A program made the translations under genes and the position numbers. A stretch of 64,000 nt of DNA. Origin: Candidatus Bathyarchaeota archaeon. GTDB taxonomy: Archaea > Thermoproteota > Bathyarchaeia > 40CM-2-53-6 > RBG-13-38-9. This document shows positions 1 through 9,593 of this stretch, piece after piece (positions within the stretch are counted from its first letter, which is position 1; each line of letters opens with the position of its first letter). Location of the stretch: contig CAWECG010000003.1 in NCBI GenBank assembly GCA_963807605.1, positions 256,001-320,000 of the forward strand. The letters run 5' to 3'. The notes beneath the pieces were generated by a model. That model worked only from the letters and a program-made list of their open reading frames with translations. It was not told the DNA's origin and made no database searches.

Positions 1-59
1 TTCAAATAGCGCGCTAGAGGCTGATCGAGTAACAGGTACGAGCAAAGGGGAGTTAAGAG

Positions 60-611
60 TTGACTATAAGAAACCTGAGCAAAGCAAAAGAAGCCTCTAT
101 AATCGCAATATCAGCAGCCATTTATTCTGTATTCTTTTCTTTATCAGTTGTTCTAACACTACCGGGATTCACCATCCTCTACCTCCCCGTAATTTTGCTA
201 GGAGTCTTTCCTCTTTGGTTTGGATGGAGCGGGTTAGCTGGCAGCATGATTGGAGCCTTCATTGGAGGTGCCTTCGTCGAGGGTTTAGGCTTTACTGGTG
301 TAATAGAGTCGGTTACTGCTTTGATCATTTATGGCCTTAATAGGATTCTTATTCCCCAGAAAGCTACTGAGTTAAAGACAAAAAGGGATCTATTTCTGCT
401 CTTAGTCGTGTATGCTGTGAGCCTCTTTGTGGGCACAAGTTACATCTTTTGGCAATATGTAATTTTGGGAGTGTTTAGCGCAAGAACCGCTGAACTATTC
501 TTCTTGCCAACGTTTGGTCTTAACCTAGCTATCCAATGGATCATCTGCCCAGTTCTGATTAAGAGATTGTCGCCAAAACTGAAAAGCTTAGGAATCTATT
601 CCGGAAAATAG
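60..611 (+). CDS. Small multi-pass membrane protein, possibly an ECF-type S component (QueT-like)
   Basis: 183-aa ORF with about 5-6 hydrophobic segments and an N-terminal AxxAAIY pattern similar to S components. Confidence 0.5.
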   Translation: MTIRNLSKAKEASIIAISAAIYSVFFSLSVVLTLPGFTILYLPVILLGVFPLWFGWSGLAGSMIGAFIGGAFVEGLGFTGVIESVTALIIYGLNRILIPQKATELKTKRDLFLLLVVYAVSLFVGTSYIFWQYVILGVFSARTAELFFLPTFGLNLAIQWIICPVLIKRLSPKLKSLGIYSGK

Positions 612-830
612 GTTACCCATCAGCTAGACCAATATGTTGGACTGGCCTACATTCCACGATCAGTTCCACGCCAAAAGCATCACAACAACGTGGAATTCCA
701 GTGGAGCCAGTTATCTATATCTCATATCTCCTGGTGCGGTCGCCAAAAACCGGCCCGTTAGGCCAAGGCAATTTGTGTGTGCTCACCAGCTATAGCGCGC
801 ACACACAATCTAACGATTCAAATAGCGCGC

Positions 831-1935
831 GGGGTTGTCCCGTTATTAGCGTTTTCATGTTAGGTTTGTCCAGTAGGTTATGCTTCTGGTTTTGGTGGGT
901 TGTTTGGTGTTGTGTGAGGCTTCTATGGTGTAGAGGAGGCATAGTATGCAGTAGCTGATGTGGATGGTGATGTTTTCTAGTCCTCGTGTCTTGTGGTTGT
1001 TGAGGTTGAGGTGTTCTTTGAGTGATGCGAAGACCAACTCGATGATGGAGCGTTTATTGTAGATGTGTTTGAGGTTTTCTGGGCCGTGTGTTTTGAAGTC
1101 GCTGGTTACTCTGAGGATGTTTTGTCTTTCAGGTTTCTGGTTGGCTGGGTAGGGTATCGCGGTCTTGATTCTGTGTTTTTTAGCGGTCTCTCTGAGTCTG
1201 TTGCTGGAGTATTGACTGTCAGCGGTTAGCTGTCGGATTCTGGTTGCTGTGGTTTTAACTGTCATTTTGAGGAGTGGTATGCTCGGTTTCTTCTCGTTAG
1301 TGTTTGCTGGTGTCACTAGGAATGTTAGGGGTGTGGCTGTGTCTGTATCGACTGTTAGGTGTAGTTTGTAGCCTAACCCGTATGTGCGGTAGGCTCTTCC
1401 TACACGTGCTTGAGGGTCACTGAAGCCTGTTCTATTGTTTATGTTTCGTCTGCTGTAGGCTTTGATGAAGGTGGCGTCCATAGCAACTATTCTTGGTGTT
1501 ACATAGCGCTTCTTCAGTAATTTCTTGACCTGTTTGTTTACTATGCGTCTTAGTCTTCTTGTTCCTAGTCGCTGGTTGAATCTTGAGAGTACCGTCCTAC
1601 CGTAGGCTGGCTCCTCATATCTTATGTCGCATATGTCACGTAGCCGCTCATCGATCCATAAGCGACGTTCAAGCTCACGCAGACTGTTTATTCTGAGGTA
1701 GCGTCTGGCAAGGTGTGCCTTGAAGAGTCCTAGAGGGTTACGTGGAGGTTTACCTGGACCTTCTTGATGATAGCAACTAACAACTAGACGTTCAACAAAT
1801 GATAAATCCAGATTACTCAGCAGTGACTCCAGAGTCTCGTACCCTTCTATCTGGAATCTCCTCCAAGTAGAAGGGTGCGGGGCTCAACCCTTATGGATCT
1901 TTCCGTGTCAACTCAAAGAATATCGGGACAACCCT
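831..1935 (-). mobile_element. Insertion sequence (IS5/IS1182-like DDE transposase), ~1.1 kb
   Basis: TIRs ggggttgtcccgtta (831-845) and agggttgtcccgata (reverse complement of 1921-1935), 13/15 identical; flanked on both sides by gcgcgc (825-830, 1936-1941). Confidence 0.9.
855..1883 (-). CDS. DDE transposase; the frame is open from 1883 but has no in-frame ATG/GTG/TTG before 1481 (5' frameshift or non-canonical start)
   Basis: DDE motifs MDATFIKAY, GYKLHL, ADSQY, YNKRSIIE; manual translation of the same frame upstream gives GPGKPPRNPLGLFKA...SLRELERRL, a typical transposase N-terminal domain. Confidence 0.85.
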   Translation of the reverse strand, partial: APHPSTWRRFQIEGYETLESLLSNLDLSFVERLVVSCYHQEGPGKPPRNPLGLFKAHLARRYLRINSLRELERRLWIDERLRDICDIRYEEPAYGRTVLSRFNQRLGTRRLRRIVNKQVKKLLKKRYVTPRIVAMDATFIKAYSRRNINNRTGFSDPQARVGRAYRTYGLGYKLHLTVDTDTATPLTFLVTPANTNEKKPSIPLLKMTVKTTATRIRQLTADSQYSSNRLRETAKKHRIKTAIPYPANQKPERQNILRVTSDFKTHGPENLKHIYNKRSIIELVFASLKEHLNLNNHKTRGLENITIHISYCILCLLYTIEASHNTKQPTKTRSITYWTNLT

Positions 1936-2040
1936 GCGCGCTAGATTGTTGATGTTGCTGCGCCTCGCGTGCTCAGGACTGGTCATTGAAACCGTGAACG
2001 TTCCCGCCCTACCGCGCACGGGAAGATACACGCTTGCAGG

Positions 2041-2439
2041 CTAGGCCGCTGTGGCACCTTTACCGAAGAAGCTTCTAACTTTCGGCGTGTTCAGGTAGAA
2101 TAATGCCACCAGATCAAGGATCAGTGTGATGAGGCCCCAGATGTGTCCTCGTGCCATGTTGACAACTGCGAAGATGGCGCCTATTACTGTGAGGATGAGT
2201 GTCCATTTCCACGCCCAACCTTGAGCAGTCCACAACCCATAAGCCATGAGAAACTGAACGAATCCTATTATCATGAAGATTAAACTGAGAATCGTCAGGA
2301 TCGCTTCCAGCCTGACTCGGAATACTATCATTTCAGCAAGACCGAGTAGAAATGCGCCTCCGACAATTCGTAGTATTCCGGAAACCACTTCAAGAATCGT
2401 CAGAATTGTTACGCCGACAGGTCTAGTTTGACTCGACAT
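2041..2439 (-). CDS. Hypothetical membrane protein (4 TM)
   Basis: 132 aa; RPxGVTIL...GLWxxxxWAW pattern common in archaeal membrane proteins. Confidence 0.7.
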   Translation of the reverse strand: MSSQTRPVGVTILTILEVVSGILRIVGGAFLLGLAEMIVFRVRLEAILTILSLIFMIIGFVQFLMAYGLWTAQGWAWKWTLILTVIGAIFAVVNMARGHIWGLITLILDLVALFYLNTPKVRSFFGKGATAA

Positions 2440-2497
2440 ACGACTCAGTTACCCCTCTAGTCACCCGTTCCGGTTCTTAAAAAAGCGCGCGCTATTT

Positions 2498-3454
2498 CTA
2501 TATGTACTCGCCGGCGTTTATCAGCAGCACTTGACCATTGATGTAGTTGCCTTCCTCCGCGAGGAAGACGACCAACTTGGCAACTTCTTCAGGTTCTCCT
2601 CTCCTTCCAAGAGGTATCTTAGAGACTCTTTCCTGCAAGAGGCCTGGAGGAATGGCATCTGTCATCCTCGTGTGAATGAATCCGGGAGCTATAGCGTTGC
2701 ACAGTATGTCGTATTGCGCATATTCTCTTGCAATGACTTTTGTGAGCGAGATGACACCACCCTTGGCAGCAGCGTAGTTGGCTTGGCCAACAGGTCCGTC
2801 TAGCGCGCCTTGGGAACTCATGTTTATTATCCTTCCCCTACCCGCCTCGATCATGTGAGGAATAACTGCCTTGGTGCAGTTGAAGACTCCTGTTAGGTTT
2901 ACGTTAATCACGCTCTGCCAATCCTGAGGACTCATGTTTGTGACGAGTCTGTCAATAGTTATTCCTGCGTTGTTTACCAGTACATCTATTCGGCCGAATT
3001 CCCTTAGCACTTGATCGGTCATCCGTTGGACATCATCGTACTTGGAGACATCAGCATTCACGAATACTGATCTCCCTCCCAGACTCTCGATCTGTTTCAT
3101 TACATCTTTGCCTTCCTCAGAGAGCTCCAGGTCATTTATTGCAACTTCATAGCCTTTCCTTGCTAGTTCGATTGCTATTGCTTTGCCTATGCCCCGTGTC
3201 GCGCCGGTTACCAGAGCAGCTTTTCTCTTTCCAGCTTCCGCCGTTTTTGGAACGAAGTAGGCGAAATCGCCGAAGTCTGTCCGTTTCGTCTGGATTGTTC
3301 CAGACATGCCGATCTTCAAGATCTCGAAATGGGACCGTTCTATTCTGACAGGCTTTCTCTTTCCTTCGTCGTCTTCCGCTATTCCTACTACATATTCTGT
3401 CTTGAATGGCGGGGGCACAATCGATACTAGTGAGAACGAGACCAGTCTGGCCAT
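2498..3454 (-). CDS. Fusion of a DUF35-type OB-fold (acyl-CoA-associated) domain and a 3-oxoacyl reductase (FabG-like SDR)
   Basis: N-terminal ~70 aa VPPPF..YVVGIAE.DEG....LKIGM....AYFVP; C-terminal TGATRGIG, NNAG, YAAAK, NAIAPGFI. Confidence 0.85.
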   Translation of the reverse strand: MARLVSFSLVSIVPPPFKTEYVVGIAEDDEGKRKPVRIERSHFEILKIGMSGTIQTKRTDFGDFAYFVPKTAEAGKRKAALVTGATRGIGKAIAIELARKGYEVAINDLELSEEGKDVMKQIESLGGRSVFVNADVSKYDDVQRMTDQVLREFGRIDVLVNNAGITIDRLVTNMSPQDWQSVINVNLTGVFNCTKAVIPHMIEAGRGRIINMSSQGALDGPVGQANYAAAKGGVISLTKVIAREYAQYDILCNAIAPGFIHTRMTDAIPPGLLQERVSKIPLGRRGEPEEVAKLVVFLAEEGNYINGQVLLINAGEYI

Positions 3455-3458
3455 CTTT

Positions 3459-4616
3459 TCATCTCCCCAGAATAGTCACTATAGATGTTGCGCCGGTTCC
3501 TCCATGATTTTCAACCAGGCCTGAGTTCACGTCAGGAAGTTGTCTTTCACCAGCTTCACCCCGAAGCTGCAGAAATACCTCGATCATCATTCCGATTCCG
3601 GTGGCTCCCACAGGATGGCCTTTTCCCTTCAAACCGCCACTTACATTGACAGGTAGTTCTCCATTGAATTCTACGGTACCTTCCCTGATCAGCTGGTAGC
3701 CTTTGCCCTTCTCAGCAAATCCAAGATCTTCATAAAGCATCAGTTCCACAGGTGTGAAGGGTTCATGAACCTCGGCAAAATCAATCTTCTTCGCGTCAGT
3801 TTCCGCCTCTTTGAATGCTTTCAAAGCGGCTTTCTTGCTGGCGACGACTGAGGTGGGGTCAGCGCGTTCGAATACACCCATTGTATCGTGTGCTAGACCC
3901 ATTCCTTTGATGTAGACAGGCATGTCAGTGTACTGCTTTGGTTTTCTGCTCAGCAATATTGCTGTGGCCCCGTCACTGATTGGACTGGAGTGAAGAAGCC
4001 GTATTGGTGAGGCAATCAGACGTGAATTCTTGACGTCATCAATACTGATCTTCTTATGGAATTGAGCCCACGGGTTTCTTAGCGCATTATTATGATTCTT
4101 GACGGAGACTGAAGCGAAATCATCTTCGGTGGCACCATACTTGTCCATATACATCTGGGCCATCATTGCGTATGCAGCGGGCTGCGTTATGCCCATTGCG
4201 TTTTCTTCTGGTGAGCCACCCCGTATCAATACTGACGTCGTAGTCGCAGTGGATAGTCGGGTCATCTTCTCAAATCCAACCACAAGAATGTTGTCGGCAT
4301 ATCCGGCAATCAGCATCTTTCTTGCCAGATACGCAGCCATGCTGCCGCTAGCACAGGCTGCCTCGACTCGAAACGCTTCAGCATCAAAGTTATTGAGATA
4401 TCTTAAGGCCAATGCTCCGGTCTGATGTTGATTGGAGAATTGATTATCTACACAACTCACTATCACGATTCCTATGTCCTTAGGATCTATTCCTTTCTCA
4501 ACCCCGTTGATGCAATCCCGTACGACGCATTCTATCAGCTGGGGAGTATTCTCCTTCAGAACACCATACTTTGTATGGCTGAAAGATACAATGGCGACGT
4601 CGTTCACATCTCTCAC
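3459..4616 (-). CDS. Acetyl-CoA acetyltransferase (archaeal SCP2-type thiolase)
   Basis: EAACASG catalytic Cys, SPISDGA, GHPVGATG. Confidence 0.92.
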   Translation of the reverse strand: MRDVNDVAIVSFSHTKYGVLKENTPQLIECVVRDCINGVEKGIDPKDIGIVIVSCVDNQFSNQHQTGALALRYLNNFDAEAFRVEAACASGSMAAYLARKMLIAGYADNILVVGFEKMTRLSTATTTSVLIRGGSPEENAMGITQPAAYAMMAQMYMDKYGATEDDFASVSVKNHNNALRNPWAQFHKKISIDDVKNSRLIASPIRLLHSSPISDGATAILLSRKPKQYTDMPVYIKGMGLAHDTMGVFERADPTSVVASKKAALKAFKEAETDAKKIDFAEVHEPFTPVELMLYEDLGFAEKGKGYQLIREGTVEFNGELPVNVSGGLKGKGHPVGATGIGMMIEVFLQLRGEAGERQLPDVNSGLVENHGGTGATSIVTILGR

Positions 4617-4822
4617 CTCTTCAGGCTAGCAGGAGATGAATGCCCGCGAAAATAAGTCTAGCGCACTGAGCGCACAAGGAGTGCCACGCTAGCGACCTCT
4701 CGATCTACCAACCCCGGGGGCCGACTTGAAGACTCTATGCGCGCGTTTGTCTGACGCTAGCATCTGCTAGCCCAATTTCGCATACTTAAATCAAATTTCC
4801 TTTATTGTTTCTGATCGGTCTA

Positions 4823-5182
4823 TTACTGAGCTTTTTCCGGTTTGAATTCCCCTCGCAATAGGTCTGTTCTGGGCGGGGAGAACGACTCCAAGCAGATGTA
4901 TTCTTCGTCGCCAGTGATCTTGCCTGAGTGCGCTATGTTTGCTGGGATGAGAAAACTGTAGCCCTTCTTGATGAGGAATGTTTTATCTCCTATTTTGAAT
5001 GTGGCCTCACCCTGAAGGCAGTACGCGATCTGCTCCTGAGGATGCTTGTGCTCAGGTATTTCAGAGCCAGGTTTGATTCTGGAGTAGACCATAGTCATCT
5101 TCTCTCCGCTCCTCACAACCTTCATGCGGGCTCCTGGATGTCCTTCCCAGAATGCGAGTTGCTCCGTATCTACTGCTGACAT
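4823..5182 (-). CDS. Cupin domain protein
   Basis: PEHKHPQEQ...IPANIAHS cupin motifs; ATG at 5182 chosen to avoid overlap with the divergent DRG gene. Confidence 0.85.
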   Translation of the reverse strand: MSAVDTEQLAFWEGHPGARMKVVRSGEKMTMVYSRIKPGSEIPEHKHPQEQIAYCLQGEATFKIGDKTFLIKKGYSFLIPANIAHSGKITGDEEYICLESFSPPRTDLLRGEFKPEKAQ

Positions 5183-5324
5183 GATTCTTCTCTTGAAGAT
5201 GTGGCGGGGTAAATTCTTAAGAGTTATGTCATACCTGATGTGCTGCGAATAGCTCGGTTTGGAATGACTGCTGTTCATAAAGTCAAGAACTAGAACTGTA
5301 TGCGGCTGACTTGGTGTATTATCT

Positions 5325-6419
5325 TTGGGACTACCCGAGAAGATCAAAGCAATAGAAGAAGAGATGAGTAAGACCCAGATCCACAAACACACTGAGCATC
5401 ATATCGGACTTTTGAAGGCAAAGCTTGCAAGGCTGAGGGCTGAGCAAGAGAAGATACAGAGCTCTAGGAAAGGCGGCGGCGTTGGCTTTGAACTGAAAAA
5501 AGGCGGCGACTGCACCGTTGTCCTTATAGGCCTACCAAGCGTTGGAAAATCCACGATACTGAACAGACTGACTAATGCAAAGTCAAAAGTCGCGCCCTAC
5601 GCCTTCACCACTCTAACCGTTATTCCTGGTCTGCTTGAATACAAAGGTGCAAAGATACAGATCCTTGATCTTCCAGGCATAATTGCTGGCGCAGCAACTG
5701 GAAGCGGCAGGGGAAAAAGAGTCCTCTCCGTCGCCAGAAATGCAGACCTAATAATGCTGATTGTCGACGTATTTCAGCCCGCCCAGATAGAAGTCTTGAA
5801 GAAAGAACTTCACACGATGGGCATCAGACTCAATACTCATCCACCTAACATCAGTATTGATAGATCATCCCAAGGCGAGCTCGGTGTAACAGCAGCCTGC
5901 AAGCTGACTAAACTGTCCAAACCCACGGCCAAAGCGATACTGAACATTTACGGGATCCATCATGGAAACGTCATCATAAGAGAGGACATCACTGACGACG
6001 ATCTCATCGATATTGTGGCTGGAAACAGGCGATATGTGCCGGCAGTCAGTGTCCTGAATAAGATCGACCTAGTCAGTCACGAGTACGTGGCTGAAGCCAG
6101 AAAGCAGACACGCGAAGACTTCGTACCGATATCTGCTGACCGAAACATCAACCTTGAAAGCCTAAAGGAGGCCATCTACGACCGTCTGAATTTTGTCAGG
6201 GTCTTTCTTAAGCCGCGCAATGGTGAACCAGACTTTGACGAGCCACTCATACTCACAGCAGGATCCACCATATCAGATGTTTGCGCCAAGATTCATCGAA
6301 GAATTGCTGACGAAGCGAAGTATGCACTGGTTTCTGGAACCAGCGTGAAGTTCAGTCCTCAACGCGTTGGAATGGACCATGTCATACGCGACCGAGACAT
6401 AGTGACAGTCGTAACCTAA
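5325..6419 (+). CDS. DRG family GTP-binding protein (OBG family, TGS domain)
   Basis: GLPSVGKST, FTT, DLPG, NKID and C-terminal TGS (QRVGMDH). Confidence 0.95.
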   Translation: MGLPEKIKAIEEEMSKTQIHKHTEHHIGLLKAKLARLRAEQEKIQSSRKGGGVGFELKKGGDCTVVLIGLPSVGKSTILNRLTNAKSKVAPYAFTTLTVIPGLLEYKGAKIQILDLPGIIAGAATGSGRGKRVLSVARNADLIMLIVDVFQPAQIEVLKKELHTMGIRLNTHPPNISIDRSSQGELGVTAACKLTKLSKPTAKAILNIYGIHHGNVIIREDITDDDLIDIVAGNRRYVPAVSVLNKIDLVSHEYVAEARKQTREDFVPISADRNINLESLKEAIYDRLNFVRVFLKPRNGEPDFDEPLILTAGSTISDVCAKIHRRIADEAKYALVSGTSVKFSPQRVGMDHVIRDRDIVTVVT

Positions 6420-6516
6420 GCGCGCGCTCTCTCGCTGACGCACACGTCAGGCTGTTCAATCTCTCGTATATTGATTGGTCGAAGGTGTCACAGATACGCA
6501 CGCGTGGAGAAATCTC

Positions 6517-7086
6517 TCATTTCTGAGGAGATTCACCAAGGATTTCCGCTGCAGCTTCCTCGTAAGTTTGCAGGTCGGATGCACTGAATAGGACGAAATT
6601 AACCTGTTCGAGAAAGTCTTTCCTCTCCAGGAATTCTTTAACAGTCTTTAATGCTATTCTCGCTGCTTCCCTGATGGGATACCTATATGCTCCGGTACTT
6701 ATCGAGGGAAAAGACACTCGCTTCAATCCGTTTCGCATTGCCAGTTCGAGCGAGTTATGATAGGCGTCAGAAAGTAGTTGCGGTTCCCCATGATTTCCAC
6801 CACTCCATATTGGGCCTACCGTATGGATCACATATCGGGCTTTGAGGTTGCCGCCCGTGGTTATCACAGCTCTACCTGTTGGCAGTCCCTCACGCCATTC
6901 GCTGGCCCTTATCTTCTTACATTCCTTTAGTATCTTGGGGCCGCCTATCCGGTGGATAGCGCCATCTACTCCACCACCACCCAGCAGACTTGAATTCGCA
7001 GCATTTACTATGGCATCAACATCTTGATCTGTTATATCGCCTTGAACAAGGCAGAGCTTAGCTCCACCCACCAGTCTCTCCGTCAC
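6517..7086 (-). CDS. Macro domain protein (O-acetyl-ADP-ribose deacetylase, YmdB-like)
   Basis: GDIT, VNAANSSLLGGGGVDGAIH, HTVGP, SISTGAY. Confidence 0.95.
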   Translation of the reverse strand: MTERLVGGAKLCLVQGDITDQDVDAIVNAANSSLLGGGGVDGAIHRIGGPKILKECKKIRASEWREGLPTGRAVITTGGNLKARYVIHTVGPIWSGGNHGEPQLLSDAYHNSLELAMRNGLKRVSFPSISTGAYRYPIREAARIALKTVKEFLERKDFLEQVNFVLFSASDLQTYEEAAAEILGESPQK

Positions 7087-7212
7087 CTTTTACAAACCTC
7101 CACTTCTTGGTTTCTCAAGTCACTAATTGTTGAAGAATAGTGTCTCTTAAACAACTATTTCTCTCACCTAATAGGAGAGTCGAGTCTTCTTGGGATCTTA
7201 TTGTCATTCGTA

Positions 7213-7815
7213 TCAGTACTGGTAGTGTATCTGATATGTTCGTGCGTGGGCTGAAAGATTTCTGCGGTAAAGGCCGTATAAGACGCCAACAAATAGGCCT
7301 GCAAGGTGAGCTCCATGAGCGATTTCAGAAGGACCGAAGAGTCCTGTGAAGTCAAGAAAAGCCCAGAGAACTGCGGCGGCTATCATGGGCAACGGCAAGA
7401 GTCCATATATGTATACTAGCATGAATGGTGCAAGAGTTGCCAAGGCTCCCATAACTCCGTAGATCGCTCCAGACGCACCTATGGCTGGAGTGTAAGGATC
7501 CGGGCTCGTCAGCATGTATCCAACGTTTCCGATTATTCCCGACAAGAAAAAGAGTGCTAGGAAGGCTCGACCCCCGATCATTCTTTCTAGACTCGTGCCA
7601 AAGAAGAACAGGGCTATCATGTTGAAGAAGAGATGGGACAGATCAGCATGCAGAAAAATCGATGTCACAAACATCCACGGCGCGCTTAACGCCACTCCTG
7701 GGAAGAAAGCCAGATAAATCCATGAGTCGGTGATATTCTGGAAGACAAAGGCTACCACACAAATACCGATGAGTATCAGAGTCCACTTTGAAAAGTAATC
7801 CATGGTCTTCTCCAC
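7213..7815 (-). CDS. Rhomboid intramembrane serine protease
   Basis: HLFFNM, GASG, AHGAHLAG. Confidence 0.93.
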   Translation of the reverse strand: MEKTMDYFSKWTLILIGICVVAFVFQNITDSWIYLAFFPGVALSAPWMFVTSIFLHADLSHLFFNMIALFFFGTSLERMIGGRAFLALFFLSGIIGNVGYMLTSPDPYTPAIGASGAIYGVMGALATLAPFMLVYIYGLLPLPMIAAAVLWAFLDFTGLFGPSEIAHGAHLAGLFVGVLYGLYRRNLSAHARTYQIHYQY

Positions 7816-8044
7816 ATATTGCCTTCACAAGAAGGCCGATGATCTTCTTTAAGATTTATGAAATCCTTAGCTTAATCATTCCAAAGGATGAGTGGGAGTG
7901 ATGAGCAACCTAGTTTTGCGAGAAGTCGATGGACTGGAAATCAAGAATCATTGATAATTTTACAGACATATTGATGTCCGAGTCGGCTGGTGCTGAGCGA
8001 GCGCCTTTTGGCAAGGATGAGGTCATGAGACCGGCAGTGCGCGC

Positions 8045-8845
8045 TTACTTATTCTTCCATCTTGGTGTTCTTTTTTCCAGAAGTGCTTTAATTCCCTCTT
8101 CCGTGTCTTCAGATGTGGATGCGAGGGCAATTAGATCTTTTGCGTAGTGCATCGCCTTCACATATTCCATGTCTCCCATCATGTAGAAGGCCGGTTTCCC
8201 TATACCATAGGCTAACCTGCTCTTGCTCGAGATCTTCTCTCCAAGTTCAACAGCAACCTCGACATGCTTTCCTTTAGGAACGACCTTATTGACTAGGCCA
8301 AGCTTCTCAGCTTCGGCTGCGCTTATGGGATCTCCAGTGACCAACATCTACAGCGCTTTCTTCCGTCCAACGGATCTCTGAAGAGGTATCATAGGCGTTA
8401 GACAGAATAATCCTATGTTGACTCCGGGAGTCTGAAATACCGCATCCTCAGCGGCAACAATCATGTCACACGCCGCGGCCAAGCCACATCCTGCAGCAGT
8501 TGTATACCCGTGAGCCGCGGCGATCACGGGTTTACTCATTCGAGCAATATTTTCATAGACCATTATCGATTTTGTGAAGAGGTCTCTTTTTTCAAGCGGA
8601 CTGGCTTTCAAGATCTCTCTTAGGTCATGGCCGCTGCAGAAGGCTTTGCCTTCCCCTGCTATCACAGCGGCACCTAACCCGTCGTTCTCTTCAACATATT
8701 CTAATCTATCAAGAATATTGTCGATCATGGGCTCGTTAAGGGCATTCAACACGTGAGGTCTGTTCAACGTGAACAAACCAACGCTGCCTTTCTTCTCAAA
8801 CTTTAATGGCTCACTCTCCAAACTAAATCCTCTCTGTAAGGTCAT
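8045..8845 (-). pseudogene. Enoyl-CoA hydratase/isomerase interrupted by one in-frame TAG (8348-8350)
   Basis: Two same-frame ORFs join as ...GRKKAL*MLVTGDPISA...; crotonase motifs LNRP, AFCSGHDL, AAGCGLAAACD. Confidence 0.88.
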
Positions 8846-8927
8846 AATTGGTCTATGAAATGGCAGAGCAATCAGGCTGAAGACTTAACTGTATCGCCCA
8901 ATCATGCTCATCTATTCTGTCAGACCG

Positions 8928-9317
8928 TCAGCCGTGAATTAGGCTCGGTATACATTTGGCGCATACCCATTCGCTTTTCCCCTTGGATCTGACAGGGAAC
9001 AGGACTATGTCCTTCTCTGTCTTCCCACACTTGAAACACATTGCAACTATCTGAGGAGAGGTGTGTGCCTCCTCTGCTAATTCCTTGTGGAAATTCACAG
9101 TCTCTCGCTCCTCAACTGTAAGAGCTCCAGTGGGACATATTCCTATACAAAACCCTAGACCGTCACATAGATCTTCTCTCATTACCTTTGCCTTGCCATT
9201 TGCTATGGTTATGGCTCCCTCAACGCAAGGAACGACGCATTTCCCGCAACCGTTGCAGAGTTTCTGATCTATCTTGACTATGCTTCTTCGCACCTTCGCT
9301 CTTTTCAAATCTTGCAT
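8928..9317 (-). CDS. 4Fe-4S dicluster protein with a C-terminal Cys4 (zinc-finger-like) segment
   Basis: CNGCGKCVVPC, CDGLGFCIGICP, CFKC...CAKC; start uncertain (ATG 9317 or GTG 9293). Confidence 0.85.
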   Translation of the reverse strand: MQDLKRAKVRRSIVKIDQKLCNGCGKCVVPCVEGAITIANGKAKVMREDLCDGLGFCIGICPTGALTVEERETVNFHKELAEEAHTSPQIVAMCFKCGKTEKDIVLFPVRSKGKSEWVCAKCIPSLIHG

Positions 9318-9593
9318 TTGACAAAACCACTGATGTACCGACGGTATTTCCCCAGGATCTTCGTGACAATGACTTTGTACCGTGTCTATTAAAGGGTAAA
9401 GATTCTTAGCACGCGAATATGAACTCAAGATCTCATATGATTGTTCTTAACCAAACAATCGGGAACATATTGAATTAGAAAATCGTATTACAAGCAAGTC
9501 AGATCAGCGCGCGCTAAAGTAAAGTATTATATTCGATTTAACAATTCCCGTTAACATTGGACTCTGAATACAAGCCTCTGCAAGTAAAGAACT

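Noticed and set aside
804-1949. Integron attC site (ATCTAAC...GCTAGAT in the reconstructed empty site)
   Set aside because: The arms are under 20 bp apart, there are no L boxes, and no integron integrase is in the window.
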